32,583 nucleotides of DNA, from the IMG/VR virus record IMGVR_UViG_3300045789_000375, positions 1 to 32,583 of that record. One strand, written 5' to 3'. The stretch comes from a virus (lineage: Duplodnaviria > Caudoviricetes). The position numbers and the translations under genes are program-made. Positions 1 to 9,237 of this stretch are shown piece after piece; position 1 is the first letter of the stretch; each line of letters starts with the position of its first letter. The notes under the pieces are model-generated. The model saw only the letters and a program-made list of their open reading frames with translations. It made no database searches and was not told where the DNA came from.

Positions 1-2
1 GC

Positions 3-536
3 GGTGTTCTATCTGTAGGAAACGTTGCTGCAACAGAAGTTATCGGTACTGCAGTTGTAAACGCCGATGCTCGACTAAGTAACTCTCGTATCCCTACCGG
101 CTCAGCTGGTGGAGACCTGACTGGGACGTACCCAAACCCAACTCTAGATGTTTCAGGTGTGACTGCCGGCTCATACACCAGCGCAAACATCACCGTAGAC
201 GCTAAGGGCCGGATCACGGTTGCAGCCGACGGAGCAGGTGGAGGCGCAAGCCTTGCTGTATCGTCAACCCCTCCAACGGGAGCAGTCGAAGGTGACCTGT
301 GGTTTAACAGCGAACAAGCTGGGATTTACGCATACTATGACGGCTACTGGGTACTAACATCCGGTGAGGCTGGCCCACAAGGTCCAGTTGGTCCAGTTGG
401 CCCCGCAGCTCTAGCTCTTCCTGTTGGAGGAACAACCGGTCAGTATCTAGCTAAACTCTCTAACACAGATAACGACACAGATTGGGTCTCGCCACCTGAA
501 AAGATTGATATACTTATCATCATGGGCGCGTACTAA
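3..536 (+). CDS. Tail fibre-like protein, C-terminal part (5'-truncated by window edge)
   Basis: The frame is open from base 3 (GVLSVGN...[15 protein letters not shown]...[21 protein letters not shown], typical fibre repeats). It then has a P..EGDLWFN...YAYYDGYWV module and a short GPx collagen stretch. The GTG at 159 is internal. Confidence 0.75.
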   Translation, partial: GVLSVGNVAATEVIGTAVVNADARLSNSRIPTGSAGGDLTGTYPNPTLDVSGVTAGSYTSANITVDAKGRITVAADGAGGGASLAVSSTPPTGAVEGDLWFNSEQAGIYAYYDGYWVLTSGEAGPQGPVGPVGPAALALPVGGTTGQYLAKLSNTDNDTDWVSPPEKIDILIIMGAY

Positions 537-567
537 ACAATTTAAATATTAAAGAAAGTAGTAATTA

Positions 568-885
568 ATGGCTATCATATCATCAGCTCTGGCTAGGACA
601 GCCTTTGCCCTGACAGAGGGCACCCTCTTTCAACCCCCAACAGATGACACAACTACAATTATCACAAACATAGTTGTAGTCAATACTGCAGCATCTAGCG
701 CTAACTTCACTATATTACTAGACGACACAGAGCTGTTCAGTAATACCGTTATTCCTGGAAACTCCACTGTCTCTATCGACCTGAGGCAGGTTCTAGATGC
801 TCAGCCTGCACCGAGAAAAAAAATCACTGGGTTCGCAACAGCCACCACAGTCAAAGTCCACATCAGCGGAGTTGAGATAATCTAA
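568..885 (+). CDS. Small virion/fibre-associated beta-sandwich protein (hypothetical)
   Basis: 105-aa beta-rich ORF (IITNIVVVN...VKVHISGVEI). Its stop overlaps the next ATG (TAATG). Confidence 0.6.
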   Translation: MAIISSALARTAFALTEGTLFQPPTDDTTTIITNIVVVNTAASSANFTILLDDTELFSNTVIPGNSTVSIDLRQVLDAQPAPRKKITGFATATTVKVHISGVEII

Positions 886-3800
886 TGAGTATAGAACAGA
901 TCCCAGCAGTAAGTTCAAGATTCAACCCAATCGAGACGCTTCTCGATCCAGTAAACAAATTCCGCGTCTCACAGGCGCAGGCGCTGATTGACACCGACTT
1001 CGAGTACGGTATTCAGCAGTCAAAATGGGAGAACCTGGCCGTTACTAATAACCGGCCTTTCTCGTATCCTACGGCAGCACCGATGCCAAACCTTAACCTT
1101 GTAACGATGCTACAGGGAAGCAGAACTGTAACTGTAGACTTAACCACAAGGTCAGCAGTGGTCAATGCTGCTAGCCCTTCCAACCCTGAAGCTGGTGACG
1201 TTACTTACACAACTACCACCAACCACCTTTTCAATACAGGAGAGTTTGTTACTGTTACCGGATCTAACATTTCGGGGTATAACGGCACATTTATGGTGAC
1301 GCAGGTTCTGACTTCAAACACGTTTACAGTAGATAACTTCACTACCGGGACCGAATCCTTCAGCAATGGACTGGCAGTTTTTGGCGTAGCTCCAGTCAAC
1401 GGAACTCCTATAGCCATTCAGGACGCGTTCCTTGCCAATGCAAATGGTAACTTTATCGTCGAGTCTGGTGGCGGCACTGGTACCTTTACGTATGTTGGTC
1501 GCTCTCAGAACAGAACTGTCATCCAAGACCTAAGAGACGTCAACAAGACTGCTATTTTTCCTGGTGTTCTATACACTGACGCCAGAATCGGACTTGCTCC
1601 AACAATTTCTAACTCTGGGCTAGCAGTTACAATAACGACAACTGTCCCTCACGGATTGTCAATAGGTAACACTATTGCTGTCAACGGAGTCACTGGAACT
1701 AATGCGCCAAACGGAGCGTATCAGGTAGCAACTGTAGCCACTCCAGACAGCTTTATGTATTTTGCCGATCCAGGTGAGGGCACGCCTTCTGGCCTTTCTT
1801 CCACTGCTGCGTCAATATTCGTCAGACCACAGGGGCAGTTCTTGCACCGTCCGTTTGATGGTGGAGTGATCTTCTCTTCTAACTCAACTTCCAACTATGA
1901 AGCTGCAATCCGTCAGACCAGACGTTACTTTAGGTATCAGTCCGGTAAGGGATTGCAGATCTCATCTGGAACAATCTTGAAGCCGTATCAGACTGTTGAT
2001 GGGCTCACATCTACTGGCTTGACAGCCACAGTAGTGTCTAAAGAGCAGCACAACCTTTCACCGGGAACCGAAATACTAATTGAAGGCGCAAATGAAGCGG
2101 CCTACAACGGTACTTTCACTGTGACTGAGATTACTGGATTTAACTCTTTTAATTACCTAATCGCAGAGGCTGCCCCATCTCCAGCAACAGGAATTATCAA
2201 CCTAAATGTTAACAAGTGGTACGGCGGCACTAACAGGCTTGGAGCTTTTGACTTCCAAAACGGAATCTTCTGGGAGTACGATGGTCAGCAGCTTTGTGTA
2301 GTTAGAAGGTCATCTACTCAGCAGATCTCAGGTAGATCTTCTGCGGTGCAAGGATCCAACACTGTGGTCCGCACTAGTGAGTCATTCCCTACCTCATACT
2401 CAAGCCAGTTAATTCCTGGTGACTATGTTGTAATTCGCGGTCAGTCATACAGAGTTACCGCAATTGATGACCTGTCAGTTACACCTAACTTCACCATCTC
2501 CCCGTCATATAGAGGAGCAACTGCAGAGCACATAACCGTGTCTAAAACTGTAGAAACCAGAATCCCTCAGTCTGAATTTAATTTAGACACGGTAGACGGT
2601 AACGGACCTTCAGGCTACAACATAGACCTGACCAAAATGCAGATGTTCTACATTGACTACTCTTGGTATGGTGCCGGATTTATCCGTTGGGGTCTTCGTG
2701 GCATTAACGGCGATGTCTTCTATGTCCACAAACTGCCTAACAACAACCTTAACAACGAAGCATACATGCGATCCGGTAACTTGCCTGCAAGGTACGAGTC
2801 AGCAACGCTTCCACCGAGCACCCGTCTAGAGGCCACTTTCTCAAACTCGGGCTCGACAATGACTGTATCCTCTACCGCTGGGTTCCCACCTACAGGGACC
2901 ATAGTGATTAGGCCTAGCACCGTATCCAACCAAGCAACCCTCCTTCACGAGTATGTGAACTATACCGGGGTGACAGCTACGTCATTTACTGGAATAACCA
3001 GGGCTCAAGCTGGTGCAACCGTGACTACAACTTGGCTTGTAGGCTCAAACGCGGGCACGGTATCTAGTGCTACCGGTATACAAATTGGTCAAAGGGTAAC
3101 ATCTACTGTGTCACCTAATCCAGTACCAGAGGGTTCATACGTTACCGGGATAGCTGGCACTATTATTACCCTAAATAATGCGCTAACTGCGGCAAATCCT
3201 GGATTGATCTTCGCGCCTATGGGGGCAACTTCCGGTCAGGCGTACACATACAGTGCTCCGTCACCTACAACAGTAGAGTTGGCATTCCCTTCATTTGCAC
3301 CGACTATCTCCCACTGGGGAACGTCGATGATCATGGATGGTAAATTTGATGATGACGCTTCCCTTGTGTTTACATATGGTCAAACAGGCTCAGTAACAAT
3401 TGGAGCGGGTAGATCTAGAGCATTGTTCTCAATTAGACTGGCACCATCTGTTGACAATGGGTCTGTTGGAAGCTTTGGTCAGCGAGAGCTGATCAACAGA
3501 ATGCAGCTAAAACTCAACACTATTGGAATGACGACTACCTCACAGAACACAAACTACCTAGTTCGTCTGTATCTAAATGCTATTCCTTCTAGACTGGTTC
3601 TTTGGGGTTCACCAACTGCCTTCGAGCCAGGAACTGGTAACTCGTCACTATCGCAGATTGCTGACTACAGAACAGTAGGAACAGTACTTGTTTCAGGTGG
3701 TGAGATCACTGGTGGATTCTTGTCAGCCGGTACAGACTCCATTAGCCTAGAAAAAGTTCGAGACCTAGGTAACTGTATTCTTGGCGGTGGAGGCTCTTCT

Positions 3801-3917
3801 GCCGAAACCGGAGTGTACCCTGACGGTCCAGACACCATTACTGTAGTAGTTACCAACTTGTCGACTAACACGGCGTCCTTCCAGGGTCGTCTGTCATGGA
3901 CGGAGGCACAGGCCTAA
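885..3917 (+). CDS. Large virion structural/appendage protein, paralog A (1010 aa)
   Basis: Thr/Ser/Gly-rich beta protein with repeated T..H.L..G..V...G.....YNG.F.V modules. It is colinear with 15390..18374 (shared ALIDTDFEYGIQQ, RQTRRYFRYQSGKG, MFYIDYSWYGAG, SWTEAQA end). Confidence 0.7.
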   Translation: MSIEQIPAVSSRFNPIETLLDPVNKFRVSQAQALIDTDFEYGIQQSKWENLAVTNNRPFSYPTAAPMPNLNLVTMLQGSRTVTVDLTTRSAVVNAASPSNPEAGDVTYTTTTNHLFNTGEFVTVTGSNISGYNGTFMVTQVLTSNTFTVDNFTTGTESFSNGLAVFGVAPVNGTPIAIQDAFLANANGNFIVESGGGTGTFTYVGRSQNRTVIQDLRDVNKTAIFPGVLYTDARIGLAPTISNSGLAVTITTTVPHGLSIGNTIAVNGVTGTNAPNGAYQVATVATPDSFMYFADPGEGTPSGLSSTAASIFVRPQGQFLHRPFDGGVIFSSNSTSNYEAAIRQTRRYFRYQSGKGLQISSGTILKPYQTVDGLTSTGLTATVVSKEQHNLSPGTEILIEGANEAAYNGTFTVTEITGFNSFNYLIAEAAPSPATGIINLNVNKWYGGTNRLGAFDFQNGIFWEYDGQQLCVVRRSSTQQISGRSSAVQGSNTVVRTSESFPTSYSSQLIPGDYVVIRGQSYRVTAIDDLSVTPNFTISPSYRGATAEHITVSKTVETRIPQSEFNLDTVDGNGPSGYNIDLTKMQMFYIDYSWYGAGFIRWGLRGINGDVFYVHKLPNNNLNNEAYMRSGNLPARYESATLPPSTRLEATFSNSGSTMTVSSTAGFPPTGTIVIRPSTVSNQATLLHEYVNYTGVTATSFTGITRAQAGATVTTTWLVGSNAGTVSSATGIQIGQRVTSTVSPNPVPEGSYVTGIAGTIITLNNALTAANPGLIFAPMGATSGQAYTYSAPSPTTVELAFPSFAPTISHWGTSMIMDGKFDDDASLVFTYGQTGSVTIGAGRSRALFSIRLAPSVDNGSVGSFGQRELINRMQLKLNTIGMTTTSQNTNYLVRLYLNAIPSRLVLWGSPTAFEPGTGNSSLSQIADYRTVGTVLVSGGEITGGFLSAGTDSISLEKVRDLGNCILGGGGSSAETGVYPDGPDTITVVVTNLSTNTASFQGRLSWTEAQA

Positions 3918-4783
3918 TGCCAATTGACTTTCCCGCCGAACCCGCAGTTGGTGATGCGTATACCTTTAACAACCGAACCTGGCTTTGGTCAGGCGAGGTT
4001 TGGACTCCAGATCGAGCAAAGTACACTGTAGACCGAGACATTGTCACGGACGTAGATGGTTATTTAGTGGCATCAGTCACTACCTCAACCGAGGTGGGCT
4101 ATCTTGCTGGGGTGACATCCTCTGTACAGGTTCAGCTAGATGAGAAGGCTCCAAGCCTTAGTCCTGTTTTCACTGGTGACCCTACTGCGCCAACGGCAAA
4201 TGCAAATCAAAGTGATGCTCAAGTTGCTACAACCGCTTTTGTCATTGGGCAAGCCGCCTCTGTTGCTCCGCTATCTGATGGAGCGAGTGCTGCTATTGGC
4301 ACATCTGTCAAGTACGCAAGGCAGGACCACGTCCACCCAACCGATACTTCTTTGGCGACAAAGGCCAGCCCTACTTTTACAGGCACAGTTACTGTGGCAG
4401 CCGAAGGTATTCAGTTCACCGATGGGGTACAGTTAAAACAAGGCACCCCGTCACTTACAGTGATTAAGCCTGCCATAACATCAAACGCAACTACCTCAAC
4501 ATTGTCTTCCCCTCTCACGTATAGAGATGCCCTAGTTGCAGTAGCAGGAGCATTCACAATCACGGTTGACCCTGACACTACTAACTCCGTCACCTTTCCC
4601 ATAGGAACTAGCCTCAACTTCTACCAAAGCGTAGGAACTGGAGGCGCGTCCATAGTAGCTGGAAGCGCGAGCGTTACTCTACTAGTGACGCCTGGATTGG
4701 TCTTCAGAGACCTGAACTCTTCAGTCTCTCTGACAAAAATTGCAGCAAATACTTGGTTGGTTTTCGGCGACCTAAAGGCCTAA
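3917..4783 (+). CDS. Tail fibre protein (start revised to MPIDFP at 3917)
   Basis: The ATG overlaps the upstream TAA and has GGAGG at 3902-3906. It carries an N-terminal IDFP..P..G..Y...W.W.G..W module, SPVFTGDPTAPT and YARQDHVHP fibre motifs, and a C-terminal ...NTWLVFGDLKA module shared with 12452..14224. Confidence 0.75.
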   Translation: MPIDFPAEPAVGDAYTFNNRTWLWSGEVWTPDRAKYTVDRDIVTDVDGYLVASVTTSTEVGYLAGVTSSVQVQLDEKAPSLSPVFTGDPTAPTANANQSDAQVATTAFVIGQAASVAPLSDGASAAIGTSVKYARQDHVHPTDTSLATKASPTFTGTVTVAAEGIQFTDGVQLKQGTPSLTVIKPAITSNATTSTLSSPLTYRDALVAVAGAFTITVDPDTTNSVTFPIGTSLNFYQSVGTGGASIVAGSASVTLLVTPGLVFRDLNSSVSLTKIAANTWLVFGDLKA

Positions 4784-4795
4784 TTAAATTTAAGG

Positions 4796-4801
4796 TAGAC
4801 T
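4796..4801 (+). promoter_or_regulatory. Putative -10 element (TAGACT) for a near-leaderless transcript of 4810..6156
   Basis: ggTAGACT lies 8 nt before ATG 4810 in an AT-rich gap with no well-placed SD. It matches the actinobacterial TAnnnT consensus. Confidence 0.45.
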
Positions 4802-4809
4802 GACATACT

Positions 4810-6156
4810 ATGAGCAAAGAACCAGGTAAAAGGTCCCAGCAGCAGAACGACTTTCTAGAGCCGGGAACCCCGATAAATGTAGTGGCAACTAACGTTGGCA
4901 CAGATCGACCATTCAATGATGGTGCTGCGTCCATATCTTTTGAGATACCAGCTGGGTCACCTCCAGTAGATCTATACACCGTAACTGTATATAGAGGTGC
5001 CACTGCTCAGGATGCAACTGCCACAAATACGACTGGCACATCTTCCCCTATCGTTGTAGGCGGACTAGACTCAAACGTTCAATATAGATTCACAATCAGC
5101 GCAAGCAACACATCTGGAGCTACTCCAGAATCAGACTCTACCCCTCTAATACTTATAACAACAGTACCAGCCACCCCCGGTGCTCCTGCCATACAGAACT
5201 TCTCAAATGACCAGAATGACTACTTAAGTTGGAGCCACCCAACAAACGGCGGCACAGTGCTGCTTACATATTTCTGGGAGAGTAACGACAGCAAGTCTGG
5301 TAGCGTTGCCTACAATGGCACAACAGCAGTCGTACCCCAAGAAGGTGGCACTCAGCAGCAGTACCGACTTAGAGTTACAAATGCTAATGGCACCTCGGAG
5401 TTCTCTGCCTTTTCTGTTGTAGCCTTTACTCCTCCATTCTTCCCGCCGTTCTTCCCATTCTTCCCACCATTCTTCCCATTCTTCCCGTTCTTCCCACCAA
5501 GCTTCCCATTCTTCCCATTCTTCCCGCCTGCCTTCCCGTTCTTCCCATTCTTCCCACCTAGGTTCCCGTTCTTCCCGTTCTTCCCACCTAGGTTCCCGTT
5601 CTTCCCGTTCTTCCCACCTAGGTTCCCGTTCTTCCCGAACTTCCCTAGGTTCCCGTTCTTCCCGCCTAGGTTTAAGAGTCGCTGTCTAGCCGCAGAGACG
5701 CCTCTATTCTCGGTTGACGGTACTTGGATTTTTGCAGATAAAGCAAAAGTTGGAGACAAGCTTATGACGATCTCAGGTGCGCATATTGACATGCAGAAGC
5801 TTGTAGATACCAAGCTGTCCGCAAAACTGCCAGAACATGTAGAACTAGTCGAAACAGAAATTGTTTCTATAGAAGTGAAGACTTCAGTGTTGGTCGGATT
5901 CAATGTAAGCAGAATTACAGAAAAGAGATACTCTGTGACTCAGCCGATCCTTGTTGAGATCGCTACCGGCCTGACTTACGTGAATGCAGGAGATGTCAAA
6001 CTAGGAGACGTACTAATAGGAGTCCTAGAAGACGGTCGTGTGACAAGGACCACAGTCGAGTCTATAGAGCTTGACGATGTTGAGTCTGAGGTATTCGATA
6101 TTAGAACCTCACCTCTGCCTTGGTTCCTTGCTGAGAACTTCATAGTAATAGCCTAA
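4810..6156 (+). CDS. FN3-FN3 / Pro-Phe repeat / C-terminal Hint-domain protein
   Basis: Two fibronectin type III-like domains (PGTPINVVAT...YRFTISASN; PATPGAP...YRLRVTNANGTSEFS) are followed by an 81-aa Pro/Phe tract. A Hint-like domain then starts at Cys292 (CLAAETPLFSVDG...KVGD...AGDVKLGDVL...VFDIRT...FLAENFIV). Confidence 0.8.
   Translation: MSKEPGKRSQQQNDFLEPGTPINVVATNVGTDRPFNDGAASISFEIPAGSPPVDLYTVTVYRGATAQDATATNTTGTSSPIVVGGLDSNVQYRFTISASNTSGATPESDSTPLILITTVPATPGAPAIQNFSNDQNDYLSWSHPTNGGTVLLTYFWESNDSKSGSVAYNGTTAVVPQEGGTQQQYRLRVTNANGTSEFSAFSVVAFTPPFFPPFFPFFPPFFPFFPFFPPSFPFFPFFPPAFPFFPFFPPRFPFFPFFPPRFPFFPFFPPRFPFFPNFPRFPFFPPRFKSRCLAAETPLFSVDGTWIFADKAKVGDKLMTISGAHIDMQKLVDTKLSAKLPEHVELVETEIVSIEVKTSVLVGFNVSRITEKRYSVTQPILVEIATGLTYVNAGDVKLGDVLIGVLEDGRVTRTTVESIELDDVESEVFDIRTSPLPWFLAENFIVIA
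5431..5673 (+). repeat. 30-nt coding tandem repeat encoding FPPxFPFFPF decamers
   Basis: There are six in-register units at 5461-5640 (x = F,S,A,R,R,R). Units 5551-5580 and 5581-5610 are identical (ttcccacctaggttcccgttcttcccgttc). 73 of 81 codons are Pro or Phe. Confidence 0.95.
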
Positions 6157-6166
6157 AAAGATAGGA

Positions 6167-6201
6167 GGGAGGTGGCTTCGGCTACCTCCCTTTTATTTTT
6201 T
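6167..6201 (+). terminator. Rho-independent terminator
   Basis: Stem gggaggtggc / gctacctccc with a cUUCGg tetraloop, followed by ttttatttttt, about 10 nt after the 4810..6156 stop. Confidence 0.9.
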
Positions 6202-6259
6202 ACTATACTTATGCAGCACAAAACCGCAAACTCCAATGCAAATATCTATAAACTTGGTA

Positions 6260-6265
6260 TAAGAT
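6260..6265 (+). promoter_or_regulatory. Putative -10 element (TAAGAT), leaderless start of the oxygenase cluster
   Basis: TAAGAT + 6 nt + ATG (6272), with no SD, located just downstream of a terminator. Confidence 0.55.
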
Positions 6266-6271
6266 ATAAGT

Positions 6272-7021
6272 ATGGAAAATTACGATTGGTTTACAAAGGA
6301 CAGATCTGAGACTTCAGCCAATAGGCTGCCAGACAGAGTGATCCCCCAGCACCCTGAGGTTACAGTAGCTAATGTGGCTCTGGGCATAAATGTCTATAGC
6401 GGAGCAATAACCAAAGCCCAAGGGCAGAAGCACATAGACACCTTAGAGTCCAAACTTTCTGGGCAGGGTGGATACCAGTGGAATGGCGCAATGGTAACCA
6501 ACTCCGCAGAGGTAACTGTGAGTGCACGTAACGCTCTAGACTTTAAAATGAACTCTACAGCCTTCGGTCCTCGCAACCAGGATAACGCAGAGCTGTATGA
6601 CATGCACGAAGAGGTGTTTAGGGCTGTAAAAAAGTGCGTAGACGATTACGGTAACAACTGGGGCGTAGGCATTGCATCCTATGAGGCCTTCAACTTTGTT
6701 AAGTATGACGGACCTGGTACGCACTTTAAAGTTCACGCTGACCATGGCCCAACATATGTGTGCACCATCTCAGTTTGCGTGTATCTAAATGATGACTATG
6801 AAGGAGGAGAACTTTGGTTCCCTCGCATGGACGGACTGACCATAAAACCTAAAGCCGGGGATATAGCGGTCTTCCCATCAACATACATATACGAACACGC
6901 CTCAGAAGAAATGATCTCAGGAGTGAAGTATGCAGTAGTCATCATGACCGACTACAATGACCGAGATGATGTGAATCACAAGGTCTCTCCTGTTATACAA
7001 GACTACGAACTAAAATACTAA
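6272..7021 (+). CDS. 2OG-Fe(II) oxygenase, prolyl-4-hydroxylase-like (1)
   Basis: HxD (KVHADH), YLNDDYEGGELWF, distal His (YEHAS) and GVKY (2OG-binding basic residue). Confidence 0.9.
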   Translation: MENYDWFTKDRSETSANRLPDRVIPQHPEVTVANVALGINVYSGAITKAQGQKHIDTLESKLSGQGGYQWNGAMVTNSAEVTVSARNALDFKMNSTAFGPRNQDNAELYDMHEEVFRAVKKCVDDYGNNWGVGIASYEAFNFVKYDGPGTHFKVHADHGPTYVCTISVCVYLNDDYEGGELWFPRMDGLTIKPKAGDIAVFPSTYIYEHASEEMISGVKYAVVIMTDYNDRDDVNHKVSPVIQDYELKY

Positions 7022-7032
7022 AGGACTGACGC

Positions 7033-7791
7033 ATGGACGTACAAGAGCACGTTGGAGCTCCAGATGAAGAAATGCAAGGTCAAATGGACGCTCACAACCG
7101 GAGACTGCAATCGTGGTACAAGATAGACGAAAAGACCTGGTCAGACGCTAGAGAAGTAGTGCCAGGGTCAGGTATTTGGGTCTATGAAAACGTCATACCA
7201 AAGACTCTAAATGTGATAAACAGGCTAGAAGAAGTTTTGACTAGCCCAAATAATAACTATAGGTATGCGGAAGCGCTAGTAGGGTACGGCGTTAAGATGC
7301 CTGAATACCGAGACTGCTTTGACTTTAAGTACAAGAAGACAGACATTGAGTCAGACAGATCAGAAGCTGGGCAGAAGTTAGTGCAGCTTTGGGAAGACAC
7401 CCACTACAGGCAGCTCCAGGCCGTAAGGGACTACACACAAAGGTATAACATTGGAGAGCTCCGCTACTGGGAGGCTACAAATTATGTCAAGTACGGTCCA
7501 GGACAGCACTTTCAGGAGCATCACGACCACGGATACTCGTATAACTGCGTAGTCTCACTAGTCGCATTCCCCAATGATGACTACGAAGGTGGCGAGCTGG
7601 CTTTTAGTATTCAAGGAGTCACTGTGAAAGCAAAAGCTGGAGACCTGTACGTGTTTCCATCTAATTTTATGTATCCACACCGAGCCATGCCCGTGACTTC
7701 TGGGACTAAGTACTCAATGGTCACAATGCTTGACTACTCTGATAAGTATCACAGTGCGAGGTTTTACCAAGAAGAAGAGACTGGAATTTAG
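7033..7791 (+). CDS. 2OG-Fe(II) oxygenase, prolyl-4-hydroxylase-like (2)
   Basis: HxD (EHHDH), NDDYEGGELAF, FPSNFMYPHRAMPVTSGTKY. SD aaagga upstream. Confidence 0.9.
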   Translation: MDVQEHVGAPDEEMQGQMDAHNRRLQSWYKIDEKTWSDAREVVPGSGIWVYENVIPKTLNVINRLEEVLTSPNNNYRYAEALVGYGVKMPEYRDCFDFKYKKTDIESDRSEAGQKLVQLWEDTHYRQLQAVRDYTQRYNIGELRYWEATNYVKYGPGQHFQEHHDHGYSYNCVVSLVAFPNDDYEGGELAFSIQGVTVKAKAGDLYVFPSNFMYPHRAMPVTSGTKYSMVTMLDYSDKYHSARFYQEEETGI

Positions 7792-8513
7792 TGAAAAAGG
7801 TTTTTGCCTATACTAACGGTGGCAATGGGATTGTAGAGCAGCTACCACTGCAGCGGTCTTGGATGGATGCCACATTTTCTCGTCACGCCTATCACTGCTT
7901 CCCAGTTTCTATTTCTAATAGGCTCGGCTGGGGGCTGTCTTTCCCAGAGGATATATCTTTTATATGGGACGGCATAACTGACGAGAGAGATAGCCACGTA
8001 AAAATTCTATCTGGCGATCAGTATGCAAACTCTAGGCGTGGAAGTGCGACCGTTAGTTTTGAGACAGACATGACCTTCGTGGGAGAGAACGGTGAAAATC
8101 TGACCTTGCTGACCATGCCAGTTCCAAATCAATTTATTAGAGGCGCTCAGTGCATGACTACAACACTTAGCACATCAGTTCTAGCTGGAGACTTGCCAAT
8201 TGCATGGATGATTACCGAGCCAAATATTGTAATAACAATACCGGCTTATACACCAATAGCAGCAATCATCCCAATATCTCTTACAGACATCCAAGATCAT
8301 GAGCTAGAGATCACAAAAGGCGGTAGGCCAACTTTCGAAACAGAAGAGTTTATGGAGAAGATGAAGGGGAGAGCTGAAGCCAGCATGCAGTTAAACTCTA
8401 AAGGAGAGTGGACACACTTCTATAGAGACGCTGTTTGGCCCGATGGTGCCCCAGCAGGAAAACATGAAGCTAAAAAAATTGTAATGAAGATAAACTACAT
8501 TGCCAAAAATTAA
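7791..8513 (+). CDS. DUF6065-like protein (dUTPase-like beta fold, function unknown)
   Basis: R.WMD...HAYHCFPVSISNRLGW...P.DI, P.PNQF and IPAYTPIAAIIP motifs recalled as typical of DUF6065. The GTG start overlaps the upstream TAG. Confidence 0.6.
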   Translation: MKKVFAYTNGGNGIVEQLPLQRSWMDATFSRHAYHCFPVSISNRLGWGLSFPEDISFIWDGITDERDSHVKILSGDQYANSRRGSATVSFETDMTFVGENGENLTLLTMPVPNQFIRGAQCMTTTLSTSVLAGDLPIAWMITEPNIVITIPAYTPIAAIIPISLTDIQDHELEITKGGRPTFETEEFMEKMKGRAEASMQLNSKGEWTHFYRDAVWPDGAPAGKHEAKKIVMKINYIAKN

Positions 8514-9231
8514 ATTTGTCAGAAATAGGCCATGGCTTACGGTGGAGAGTGACTCTTCACCTAGACCGACAGTGAGGACATTGCCTGATTGGTACCGTAA
8601 AGCAGACCGTTTTGCCATAAACCCACATACCAATGAGCACTGGGAAGATCCCCAAGTCGGAGGAAAAATCCCTACGTGGAAGGCATGTCCGGCAATTTTT
8701 GACATCATGGGGGCAGGGTACGTTTACCGAACTCCCTGTGACATAGAGTTTTACGAAGAGAATGGTCAGCTTAAAGTAAAAGTTTCTGATTTCAAAAATC
8801 AACAGTTTGTCTCAGTCAGACCGCCTATGTATCAGTTTACTCCCCCAATGGGATACCATGAAGCTCATTTTGCATGGTGGGCTGATTGGGCCGTAGAGGT
8901 TCCGGATGGGTACAGCGTTTTGTACTCTCAGCCATTTAATCGTTTTGAGCTACCATTCCTGACAACTAGCGGGATTATAGATAACGATAAAGTCAATTTG
9001 CCTGGCACTATGCCATTCTTTATTGTCAAGGGCTTTACTGGTATCATCCCGGCGGGTACGCCGTACGCTCAGATGCTGCCTTTCAAGAGAGAGAACTGGG
9101 AGTCTGAGACAGATGATAGCGTAAAGATGTCAGACATGTCAGTAATAAACGAAAAAAATAGTGAAAAATATCGAGTAGCAAATGGCGGGGTGTACCAAAA
9201 AGAAGTATGGGAAAGGCGTACCTATGAGTGA
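8500..9231 (+). CDS. DUF6065-related phage protein (second, divergent)
   Basis: PDWY...TWKACPAIFD...GY...TPCDI, P.NRF.LPF...SGIID.D and IPAGTPYAQMLPFKRE.W show the same motif order as 7791..8513. TTG start with a 14-nt overlap. Confidence 0.55.
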   Translation: MPKIKFVRNRPWLTVESDSSPRPTVRTLPDWYRKADRFAINPHTNEHWEDPQVGGKIPTWKACPAIFDIMGAGYVYRTPCDIEFYEENGQLKVKVSDFKNQQFVSVRPPMYQFTPPMGYHEAHFAWWADWAVEVPDGYSVLYSQPFNRFELPFLTTSGIIDNDKVNLPGTMPFFIVKGFTGIIPAGTPYAQMLPFKRENWESETDDSVKMSDMSVINEKNSEKYRVANGGVYQKEVWERRTYE

Positions 9232-9237
9232 TGTAAG

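Noticed and set aside
5461-5640. 30-nt repeats as a CRISPR array
   Set aside because: The units are directly adjacent with no unique spacers, and they are in frame within a CDS.
5352-5903. Minus-strand ORF with GKN/GGKN repeats that look collagen-like
   Set aside because: It is the antisense shadow of the TTC/CCN Pro-Phe repeat. The + strand frame has coherent FN3 and Hint domains on both sides.
5683-6156. A true splicing intein or mobile element
   Set aside because: There is no terminal His-Asn, no C-extein and no homing endonuclease. It is treated as a stand-alone Hint domain.
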